From: Planctomycetales bacterium | GTDB lineage: Bacteria; 4484-113; JAFGCY01 | Direction of reading: 5' to 3' | DNA length: 32,000 nucleotides | Assembly: GCA_022646745.1 (NCBI GenBank) | Contig: CP060262.1 | Span: forward strand, 2,790,001 to 2,822,000 | Shown: positions 23,916-31,873 of the stretch, one piece after another | Position numbering within the stretch: position 1 is the stretch's first letter | How the letters are laid out: each line of letters opens with the position of its first letter | Position numbers and translations under genes: made by a program | Notes under the pieces: model-generated | The model's database searches: none | The model's input: the letters and a program-made list of their open reading frames with translations, nothing else | Told to the model about the DNA's origin: nothing

Positions 23916-26900
23916 TCAAGGCTGCCATCAGCAACCCCTACGCCACGCTGGTCGGCGTGATCATCCTGCTGATCTTCGGCGCGATCTCGATGGGGCAGAT
24001 CCCGATCCAGCTCAAGCCGGCGATCGAGCCGCCCGAGGTCAGCGTGCAGACCTTCTACTTCGGTGCCAGCCCGATCGAGATCGAGGACCAGATCACCAAC
24101 AAGCTCGAGGAACAGCTGAACACAATCAACGACCTGCGGCGCATCACATCGTCCTCCAATGACGGCTACAGCTCGATCAACCTCGAGTTCGTCGAGAACG
24201 TTGACAAGAACCGCGCGCTGCTGGACGTGCAGCAGGCCGTCAACCTGGTCACCGACCTGCCGGACAAGACGCAGATCGTCGGCCCGGTGATCGCGCTCGT
24301 CAGTGCAGCCCAGAACGAGCAGATCATGTGGATCTCGCTCGGTGGCGATGCCAGCGTTGACGACAAGTACGACATGGTGAAGGACGTGATCGAGCCGCGC
24401 CTGCTGCGCCTGCAGGGAGTCGGTTCCCTATTGGTGGCCGGAGGACGCAAGCGCCAGATCGTCGTCGAGCCTGACCTGAAGAAGATGACCCTGCACGGCA
24501 TCGGCGTGCAGGAACTGATGGGCCGTATCCGCAGTGAGAACCGCAACGTGCGAGGTGGCTACCTGGACGAGGGTGAAACCCAGCTGATCGTGCGCACGAT
24601 GGGCAAGTACGAGTCGCTGGATGACATCCGCAACACAGTGGTGCGCCATGATGCGCGGGGCACGATCACCGTGGGCGATATCTGCACCGTGGTGGATGGC
24701 CGCGAGCGCCAGCAGGGCTACGTGAAGGCGGATGGCCACCCGACGGTTGCCATCGGCGTCTCGCGCCAGAGCGGTGCCAACACGGTTGACACCATCAAGG
24801 GAGTGATGGGCGTCGTGGCCGAATACAACAAGGACTTCGCGGACCGCGGCATCGAGATCGAGATCCGCGAGGCCTACAGTGAGCTGAGCTACATCCAGGA
24901 GGCGATTGCGCTCGTGCGCAACAACCTGCTGTTCGGTGCGCTGCTGGCAGCCGTCGTGCTGTCGCTGTTCCTGCGCGGTGCACGCCCGATCCTGATCGTG
25001 CTGGTGACCATCCCGGTCTCGCTGATCACCGTGTTCATCATCCTGCTGGCACTCGGCCGCACGATCAACATCATTTCGCTGGCCGGCCTCGCATTCTCGG
25101 TCGGCATGGTGGTTGACAACGCGATCGTGGTGCTGGAGAACATCGACCGGCACATGAAGGAACTGGGCAAGCCGGTCCTGCAGGCGGCCTATGATGCGAT
25201 TACGGAGATCGCCGGCGCGATCCTCGCATCCACGCTGACGACGATCGCCGTGTTCATCCCGATCATACTCAACACCACCGAGGCCGGACTGCTGTTCAAG
25301 GACATCGCGATTGCGATCGTGAGCAGCATCATCATTTCGCTGCTGTGTGCCTACACGGTGGTGCCCGGCTTCAGCGCGGTGATCCTGCGCTCGCGTAACT
25401 GGCGTGACAGGATTGACGACAGCAACCCGGCGATGGCCCGGACGCTGGACCTGATCACCCTGCAGTGGGTCGGTACCGCGGTGGAGAAGTTCTACCTGCG
25501 CTTCCTCAACTGGGCCTGTGCCGGAGTCGGCAAGGGCACCACGCCCGGCAGGCTGCTGCTGCTCGGTCTGGTTGCGGTCGGCTGGTACTTCAGCACGCTG
25601 CTGCTGCCTGGTGCCAACTACCTGCCGACGGGCACCCAGCCCTTCATCTTCTGCTTCACCCCCTCCGTGGTGGGCCAGAGTAATGAAGTGACGAGCGAGG
25701 CCTACACGGCGATCGAGCAGTTCGTCGGCAACGACCCGGATTTCTCACCCAAGGTCAAGACATACTTCACAGTGGCCAGCGCCCCGTTCTTCACCGGCAT
25801 GGGTGTGCGCGTCAAGGACGAGTTCGCCAACGACCGGATGATGGACCAGATGGCCGGCAAGCTGATGGAGGTCGGATTCATGCAGCCCGGCTTCCAGTTC
25901 TTCTTCGCCAGCCGCACCTCGATCTTCCGCGTGCCGGACAAGGAATTTACGCTCGAGATCACCGGCCCTGACCTGGAAGAGATCCGCAAGATCTCCGAGC
26001 GGGTGCAGGGTGAGATCCGCTCCAAGGTCGGTCCCTACCTGCAGCCCGGCCCGGTGCCGGTGCGCAGCGGATTCAGCGAGGGAGTGCCCGAGCTGTCGAT
26101 CCATGTCGACCGCTACAAGGCAGCGGAGATGGGCCTCAACCTGAGCGATGTTGCCAATGTGGTGGAGACGATGATCGCCGGCCTGCAGACCAGCAAGTAC
26201 ACCGACCGGGGGCGCGAGTACGACCTCGTGGTGCGTGGCGACAAGGAACACTACACGACCCGTGATGAGCTGGAGGCGCTGACCGTGCTGGCCAGCAACG
26301 GTGAGTTCGTCAGGCTGGACGAGGTTGCCAGCATCAATGACAACACCGGCCCGACCTCGATCCGGCACTACAACCGCGACCGTTCAATCCAGCTGACGGT
26401 GAACACCAACCCGGCCTTCCCGACGCAGACCGCGCTGGACATCACCCAGCAGGAAGTGATCGACCCGATGTCCGCCACGCTGGCGCCGGGCTACCGCATC
26501 CGCTTCGGCGATGCGGCGGACAAGCTGCGCAACACGCTCAGCTCTTTGGTGGTGCAGGGCGCGCTTGCGATCGTGATCATCTACCTGCTGATGGTGGCGC
26601 TGTTCCGCTCATTCACATACCCGATCATCATCCTCGTGACCGTGCCGCTGGCCTGGAGCGGAAGCTTCATCGCGATGTGGTTCGCGCATTCACTCAGCGG
26701 CGGCGTGGTGCAGTTCGATGTGCTCGGCATGCTCGGCCTGATCATCCTGTCTGGCATCGTGGTGAACAACGCGATCCTGATCGTGCACCAGATGCTCAAC
26801 AACCAGGAGGAGGGCATGGGTCCGCTGGAGGCGCTCAAGGAGAGCAGCCGCACCCGACTGCGCCCGATCTTCATGTCCGTGCTTACATCCGTGTTCGGCA

Positions 26901-27082
26901 TGCTGCCGCTGGCAATGGGGCAGGGCAGTGGATCCGAGCTGTACCGCGGCCTCGGCGTGATCGTGGTCGGCGGCATGCTGGTGTCCACGATCTTCACCCT
27001 GTTCGTGGTGCCGACGATCCTCAGCCTGGTGCAGGAAGTCAGCGAGCGCATCCAGCTCAAGCGTGAACACCGCAGGGCCTGA
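23912..27082 (+). CDS. RND family efflux transporter permease (AcrB/AcrD/AcrF-type, 12 TM)
   Basis: 1056 aa. N-terminal MIKAAISNPYATLVGVIILLIFG, GLAFSVGMVVDNAIVVLENI, and the second-half repeat GLIILSGIVVNNAILIVHQM. Two large periplasmic loops. Confidence 0.92.
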   Translation: MIKAAISNPYATLVGVIILLIFGAISMGQIPIQLKPAIEPPEVSVQTFYFGASPIEIEDQITNKLEEQLNTINDLRRITSSSNDGYSSINLEFVENVDKNRALLDVQQAVNLVTDLPDKTQIVGPVIALVSAAQNEQIMWISLGGDASVDDKYDMVKDVIEPRLLRLQGVGSLLVAGGRKRQIVVEPDLKKMTLHGIGVQELMGRIRSENRNVRGGYLDEGETQLIVRTMGKYESLDDIRNTVVRHDARGTITVGDICTVVDGRERQQGYVKADGHPTVAIGVSRQSGANTVDTIKGVMGVVAEYNKDFADRGIEIEIREAYSELSYIQEAIALVRNNLLFGALLAAVVLSLFLRGARPILIVLVTIPVSLITVFIILLALGRTINIISLAGLAFSVGMVVDNAIVVLENIDRHMKELGKPVLQAAYDAITEIAGAILASTLTTIAVFIPIILNTTEAGLLFKDIAIAIVSSIIISLLCAYTVVPGFSAVILRSRNWRDRIDDSNPAMARTLDLITLQWVGTAVEKFYLRFLNWACAGVGKGTTPGRLLLLGLVAVGWYFSTLLLPGANYLPTGTQPFIFCFTPSVVGQSNEVTSEAYTAIEQFVGNDPDFSPKVKTYFTVASAPFFTGMGVRVKDEFANDRMMDQMAGKLMEVGFMQPGFQFFFASRTSIFRVPDKEFTLEITGPDLEEIRKISERVQGEIRSKVGPYLQPGPVPVRSGFSEGVPELSIHVDRYKAAEMGLNLSDVANVVETMIAGLQTSKYTDRGREYDLVVRGDKEHYTTRDELEALTVLASNGEFVRLDEVASINDNTGPTSIRHYNRDRSIQLTVNTNPAFPTQTALDITQQEVIDPMSATLAPGYRIRFGDAADKLRNTLSSLVVQGALAIVIIYLLMVALFRSFTYPIIILVTVPLAWSGSFIAMWFAHSLSGGVVQFDVLGMLGLIILSGIVVNNAILIVHQMLNNQEEGMGPLEALKESSRTRLRPIFMSVLTSVFGMLPLAMGQGSGSELYRGLGVIVVGGMLVSTIFTLFVVPTILSLVQEVSERIQLKREHRRA

Positions 27083-27157
27083 TCCGTCAGTGCCAGCCGG
27101 ATTCCATGATGCGATAATGATGGGCACAGCGGCCCTGCGTGCCGCTGCGGGAACCTT

Positions 27158-28873
27158 ATGAAAAGCAGACTGGCCAGCTTGCTGTTCGTGCTCGCAACCG
27201 GCTTCGCGCTGGCGGGCTTCATCGTGTCGCTGTACACCCACTGGTACTTCGCCAACCACTACTGGCTGAAGACCGGCCTCGCCATGCTGCTGACCGTGCC
27301 GGGCTATGCGCTCGCGCTGTCCGGTGGCAATGCGAAGCTGTGGCGTGGCTTCGGCTGGTACTGGATCGGGCTGTACGCCCTGTCCGTGTTCCAGCATCGC
27401 AGCATTGACCTGCGTGAGCTGAGCTTCGTGGCCGGACTGGACTATGAGGCCAGCATGGTCTGGCTGCCGGGCATCGTGCTGCTGGCAGTGGCCATGCTAA
27501 ACATCATCAGGCAGAAGCGTGCAGAGGCCGCGGCCCGGCGTGAGACCAGGCGTGCATTGGCTTTCCGCCGCCGCCTGCGCGAGATCCACGGCCAGCCCGT
27601 GGTGGCCACCGGTGAATGGATCCGTGAGCGACTGCGCTCCGGCAGCATCGTGCTCTTGCTGGGCTTCGCCACCATGCTCGCGCTGGGCGGCAGTGTGCTG
27701 GCTGATGAAGCGGATGCCGAGCCTGACAACGGCATCGACCGCCATTCCGAATTCAAGGACGAGGCCCTGCGCCACTGGCCATCGATGCCGGACATCTCCG
27801 GTGTCTACCCGCAGGCGGCGCATTCGCAGGAACGCACGACCTATTTCATCGAGATTGACAATGTGGTGGACGGCGAGATCCGCATCGTGTCCGACGGCTT
27901 CAACGGGGTGGTTGGGCATGTACTGGCTCCCGTCTCCAACTACAACAAGGAGGGTTTCACCGCCTCCGGTTGGGCTGAGAACGGCACATGCACCGCCAGT
28001 GCCGTGAACGCGATCCACCTCAAGGTGAAACATAACTATGAGACCGGCCGCGCGACGATCTTCTCGCTGGTGCCGATCGAGTTCACCACCTTCGACCCGA
28101 AGTCCTACAAAAGCTACTTCAACCAGAGCAGCACGTTGTTCACTGACATCACCGCCGGCAGCGAGATCTTCGGCGGCCAGTGGGCACCGCTGGTCAACAG
28201 CCCGCTGACCTTCCAGCGCGGCGAGGCGGACTGGCAACGCGTGGACGAGAGCTATGTGCCGGCAGTCGGCGACCAGATGCGCATCACCGTCAGCCGCCGC
28301 AAGTACAATCCCGAGTGGATCGAGTTCGAGAACGGCTTCGGCGGCCTGATCTGGATCAAGGAGCTGGGGATGGACCCGTACCCGATCGGCCAGGTGCTGA
28401 AGCCCGTGGCCGGCGTGGGGCGCTTCCTCGGCACACAGTACGCCGAGCGGGGCCGGATCCGTGCCGCACACCCGGGCGTAATTGATATCTCCACCTCGCC
28501 ATATGACGTAATCGGCGGCTTCCAGATCATCCCGCGTGACCATGCGATGTCCAGCGAGATGAAGTTCGCCCGCCTGAAGACGCAGTGGATGGTGGTTGGC
28601 CCGCTGTGGGCGCTGGACCCCTCCTGGGAAGGCCTGCCGCCGCTGTTTACGGACTACCTCTACCCGGCCTTCACGCCGGCCTTCAATGCGGACGGCAGCG
28701 TGAATGAGGATGTGCAGGGAGCGGCGGTGTTCCTCGACCGATTCACGGTGCGGGCCCGCTACCGCGACAGCGAGGACCCGACGCAGTATGAGCTGCTGCG
28801 CGAGTCCGTCTACCTGGACTACGATGCGCTGGAAACCATGACGCATGTGCGCATCTACTTCCCGCGGGGATAA
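27158..28873 (+). CDS. Hypothetical membrane protein: N-terminal multi-TM region plus ~370-aa extracytoplasmic domain
   Basis: 571 aa with host-like composition. TM segments LASLLFVLATGFALAGFIVSLY, LAMLLTVPGYALAL, WYWIGLYALSVF, VWLPGIVLLAVAML, IVLLLGFATMLALGG. I recognise no family. Confidence 0.65.
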   Translation: MKSRLASLLFVLATGFALAGFIVSLYTHWYFANHYWLKTGLAMLLTVPGYALALSGGNAKLWRGFGWYWIGLYALSVFQHRSIDLRELSFVAGLDYEASMVWLPGIVLLAVAMLNIIRQKRAEAAARRETRRALAFRRRLREIHGQPVVATGEWIRERLRSGSIVLLLGFATMLALGGSVLADEADAEPDNGIDRHSEFKDEALRHWPSMPDISGVYPQAAHSQERTTYFIEIDNVVDGEIRIVSDGFNGVVGHVLAPVSNYNKEGFTASGWAENGTCTASAVNAIHLKVKHNYETGRATIFSLVPIEFTTFDPKSYKSYFNQSSTLFTDITAGSEIFGGQWAPLVNSPLTFQRGEADWQRVDESYVPAVGDQMRITVSRRKYNPEWIEFENGFGGLIWIKELGMDPYPIGQVLKPVAGVGRFLGTQYAERGRIRAAHPGVIDISTSPYDVIGGFQIIPRDHAMSSEMKFARLKTQWMVVGPLWALDPSWEGLPPLFTDYLYPAFTPAFNADGSVNEDVQGAAVFLDRFTVRARYRDSEDPTQYELLRESVYLDYDALETMTHVRIYFPRG

Positions 28874-28877
28874 CCTA

Positions 28878-28906
28878 TTGACATAACCATTAGACCTTTG
28901 TACTAT
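28878..28906 (+). promoter_or_regulatory. Near-consensus sigma70 promoter for the island gene, positioned for a leaderless or very short-leader mRNA
   Basis: TTGACA (28878..28883), 17-nt spacer, TACTAT (28901..28906). The ATG at 28915 lies only 8 nt after the -10 box, with no Shine-Dalgarno between. Confidence 0.5.
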
Positions 28907-28914
28907 GTTTATTA

Positions 28915-30723
28915 ATGAAGATTAATGAAATTAAAATAAAGAACTACAAAGGCATTGAGAGTCTTCGCCTTGAGTTTGACAACGGATTTCGATCTAACGT
29001 TGTTACACTTGTTGGATTGAATGAGAGTGGTAAAACTACCATTTTGGAAGCAATTAATGACTTCTACAAGCTAAATAGATTTGAAAAAAACTTAGATATT
29101 ATTCCAAAATCTAGAAAAGGTAATTTTAATGACACAGTTGAAATCGCATTCGTATGCGAGATTACGAAGGAAGATACGGATTTAATTGATGAGTTTTTGC
29201 ATGAACATAAACTGAAATATACCTCATTACCCATGAATATCGAGATTAGAGTAAGAGTCTATTACAGGGATTCAAAATACTCAATGCATAAATTAGGAGG
29301 CGAATTTGTCGGTGAATTCAAAGTTCGTAAGGGAAAATCAAATAAGACGGTAGATTTTAGTTCATTGGAAGCAGTCGTAGAAGATTTCTTTTGGTTTATT
29401 TATGATAACTTATTACCTCCCGTAATTTATTATCCAAACTTTTCTGAGACTTTTCCAAGGGCAATCTATGTAGAGGAGGATTTAACACCAATTGAAGGTA
29501 CACTGAAAAATTCATATTTTACGGAAGTCCTAACCGACATACTTGATAGTCTGGAAAAAGGATATGAACTTCAAACTCATATAGTAGATAGAATCGGTGT
29601 GCCTGATCAAGAAGATAGTCTTAACATAGTATTAAATGAAATGGGCAAAGCTATAACTAACGCTGTTTTTAGAAATCAAGATTCTCCCTTCTTTTCAACA
29701 GAGTTGCTAGTGAGGTTTAAAGACAGGATTATTAGTGGGAAGAAGGTGATTGAGATAAAAATATATAAAGATCCAGAGGAGTACTTTCCAGATCAAAGAA
29801 GCCTAGGTTTCAGATGGTTCTTTGCGTTTGTTCTGTTTACTGAATTCAGATCAAAGAGAAAAACGGATTATGGGAGAAGGCTATTTTTGTTAGATGAGCC
29901 TGCTTCCAATCTGCACAGTAGAGCACAAGAGCAGGCTCTGCAAATTCTAGTAAACATGTCTGAAAATAATTCATTAATCTACAGTACACATAGTCCACAT
30001 ATGATTCATCCAAAATGGTTAGAAGGAGTACATATTGTTATTAATGATGCAATAAAGCCTTCAGACGGATTGAGTTCAGAAGATTCACCTACAAATGTTA
30101 GAACAACGCCATATAGAAACTTTGTGGCAGAGAGTTTAGATCAGGAAAGTTATTTTAAGCCGATATTGGATTGTCTGGAATATAGGCCAAGTAGACTAGA
30201 GCTAGTTCCTAAGCTAATTGTTGTGGAGGGAAAGGGGGATTTCTATTGCTATTCATATTTCTTTACAAAGCAATTCATTGGTGAGTTTGATTTCAGAATA
30301 TATCCAAGTACTGGATCGACTAGTAGTCATTTTGCTGTATCTATGTATTTGGGATGGAATCGGGATTTTATTGTGCTTTTAGATAGTGATCATGGAGGCA
30401 CAAGTGCAAAGGAGAAACTTCTAAGGAAATTAGGACTTGTAGCCGAGCCTTTTGTTTACACATTGGCGGATGTTTGTGAAACATTTAATAGTTATACATT
30501 AGAAGATTTAATAAAAGAGGATGTACACAAATCAATTGAAGTAATAGGAATTGAAGGTAACATGAGTATCAAAACAAAAATTGCTAGGTCTTTTGAGTTA
30601 TTATATGCCACAGATCACGAATTTGACTTTTCTGATTTGGTAATTGCTCGTATGAGAAAAGTTGGTGATTGGTTGCAGAACAAACTTAATCAAATGGAAG
30701 GTCGTATTGTTGATGTTCAATAA
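28915..30723 (+). CDS. ABC-type ATPase fused to a Toprim nuclease domain: OLD-family nuclease / fused PARIS (AriA-AriB)-like candidate defence protein
   Basis: 602 aa. N-terminal MKINEIKIKNYKGIESLRLEF. Walker A GLNESGKTT (aa 34-42, nt 29014..29040). Signature-like RSLGFRWFFAFVLF. Walker B/D-loop RLFLLDEPASNLH (D327 E328). H-loop IYSTHSPH. C-terminal Toprim: LIVVEGKGDFYCY (E438, nt 30226..30228) and LLDSDHGG (DxDxxG, D490/D492, nt 30382..30390). Confidence 0.85.
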   Translation: MKINEIKIKNYKGIESLRLEFDNGFRSNVVTLVGLNESGKTTILEAINDFYKLNRFEKNLDIIPKSRKGNFNDTVEIAFVCEITKEDTDLIDEFLHEHKLKYTSLPMNIEIRVRVYYRDSKYSMHKLGGEFVGEFKVRKGKSNKTVDFSSLEAVVEDFFWFIYDNLLPPVIYYPNFSETFPRAIYVEEDLTPIEGTLKNSYFTEVLTDILDSLEKGYELQTHIVDRIGVPDQEDSLNIVLNEMGKAITNAVFRNQDSPFFSTELLVRFKDRIISGKKVIEIKIYKDPEEYFPDQRSLGFRWFFAFVLFTEFRSKRKTDYGRRLFLLDEPASNLHSRAQEQALQILVNMSENNSLIYSTHSPHMIHPKWLEGVHIVINDAIKPSDGLSSEDSPTNVRTTPYRNFVAESLDQESYFKPILDCLEYRPSRLELVPKLIVVEGKGDFYCYSYFFTKQFIGEFDFRIYPSTGSTSSHFAVSMYLGWNRDFIVLLDSDHGGTSAKEKLLRKLGLVAEPFVYTLADVCETFNSYTLEDLIKEDVHKSIEVIGIEGNMSIKTKIARSFELLYATDHEFDFSDLVIARMRKVGDWLQNKLNQMEGRIVDVQ

Positions 30724-31846
30724 ATTAGAGAGTTTGCGCACGTCTAATTCCTGTTTTGTATGCCCTTTGATTCTCTTTATTCTCATTTGCAACACCGCGC
30801 ACGCCGAGCCCTTCGCCGGTGCATCCGGCATGGCACAGATTTCTGACAACGCCTACCTCTGCGTGCAGGACACCAAGGCCGACCGGCCAGGCAGCCGGAT
30901 CGGCATCCTGACCGTTGACACCGAGAAAGGCGGTTATGACTACCTGCCGCTCGAGCCGGACTGGGAGGGAGAGCTGCCGCATGACCTGGAGAGTGCATTC
31001 GCGCTGCGGGACCGGCCCGGTGAACTGCTGCTCTGCGAAAGCGGGGCCTACGAGAATTGGACCACGCACGAATACCACATCGGGCGCATCTTCCACATCC
31101 GCCTGACCGCGGCAGCCGAGAGCTGGGACTTCGAACTGCTGGGCACGATCCCGATCCCGGAACACCTGCATGAAATCGAGGGGATGTTCCTGCTGCCCGT
31201 TTTCAATCCCGAGGACATCCAGTTCGACCGCGACCTGTTCGGGGACGTGGATGTGGCACGCGATGCGCTGGTGCAGGAAGCAATGGCTGCGGCAGGACTG
31301 GAAGAAGCCGGCGCGGATGAGGCTGCACTGGATTGGGGTGCCCCAGGGGTCAGGCAGCCTCAGCCATCAGACCTCCCCGGGCGTGACCTGGCCTATCTCA
31401 TCCTTTGTACCAGGGGTGGAGATGAGGCATATGAACCGGCCAGTTTCCATGAGAATGTGATTGACCTGAAGAACCACGAGCTGCGTGAGCTGCGCAATGG
31501 ACAGGGAATTGATATCAGTGTTCCGCCGCAGTCAGACCCCTTCCAGCGCGGCTGCAGTGATGTATACCTGGACAGGGTCGGCATCCTGTGGATCGTCAGC
31601 TGCAGCGACCTTGGTGACAACGGACCGTTCAACTCCCGCATCTACCGCTACGGCCAGTACGATATCGAGAGAGGCTATGGGATGTCACGCTCAATCTATG
31701 ACAACACCTCGTGGTTCATCTCCGGCCTGAAGGTTGAAGCGCTCTGCGGCAGCGTGATGGAGGGTTCAACACTCTGCTATGCCACCGATGATGAGGGATT
31801 CGGCGGGATCTGGCGTTCACTCGGTGCGGCAACCAGCCTGCGCTGA
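30713..31846 (+). CDS. Secreted hypothetical protein with a chimeric (island-encoded) N-terminus
   Basis: ATG at 30713 gives MFNKLESLRTSNSCFVCPLILFILICNTAHA|EPF, a classic signal peptide with an AHA cleavage site. The first ~26 codons are AT-rich and the rest has host composition. Overlaps the nuclease gene by 11 nt. The mature part has no family I recognise. The track's start at 30662 is less likely. Confidence 0.65.
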   Translation: MFNKLESLRTSNSCFVCPLILFILICNTAHAEPFAGASGMAQISDNAYLCVQDTKADRPGSRIGILTVDTEKGGYDYLPLEPDWEGELPHDLESAFALRDRPGELLLCESGAYENWTTHEYHIGRIFHIRLTAAAESWDFELLGTIPIPEHLHEIEGMFLLPVFNPEDIQFDRDLFGDVDVARDALVQEAMAAAGLEEAGADEAALDWGAPGVRQPQPSDLPGRDLAYLILCTRGGDEAYEPASFHENVIDLKNHELRELRNGQGIDISVPPQSDPFQRGCSDVYLDRVGILWIVSCSDLGDNGPFNSRIYRYGQYDIERGYGMSRSIYDNTSWFISGLKVEALCGSVMEGSTLCYATDDEGFGGIWRSLGAATSLR

Positions 31847-31873
31847 TCCGGCACTCCTTCTATAATCAGTGCC

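Larger units (their letters stand above)
28874..30792. other. Compositionally foreign AT-rich island (single-gene cassette, no integrase, no flanking direct repeats seen)
   Basis: Hand counts: 19/60 G+C in 28921..28980, against 41/60 in 28741..28800. Sharp transitions occur at the upstream gene's stop codon (28871..28873) and at about 30792. Codons inside are A/T-ending; codons outside are G/C-ending. Confidence 0.8.

Noticed and set aside
27158-28873. Third gene of the RND locus as the outer-membrane factor (TolC/OprM).
   Set aside because: It has multiple N-terminal alpha-helical TM segments and no lipobox or signal peptide. It also lacks the coiled-coil/beta-barrel repeat pattern typical of OMFs.
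28915-30723. Calling the island gene Gabija GajA.
   Set aside because: Gabija requires an adjacent UvrD-like helicase (GajB). The next gene is a host-composition secreted protein and no helicase is present in the window. I therefore kept it at OLD-family / fused PARIS-like level.
30601-30849. 82-aa minus-strand ORF spanning the right island junction.
   Set aside because: It overlaps two better-supported plus-strand CDSs and mixes both compositions with no recognisable features.
31850-31873. Inverted repeat GGCACT-N12-AGTGCC enclosing a TATAAT (31861..31866) just before the biotin carboxylase GTG start, as a possible regulated leaderless promoter.
   Set aside because: The stem is only 6 bp and the start codon is GTG, which is poor for leaderless initiation. 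The gene is truncated by the window edge, so there is too little evidence.
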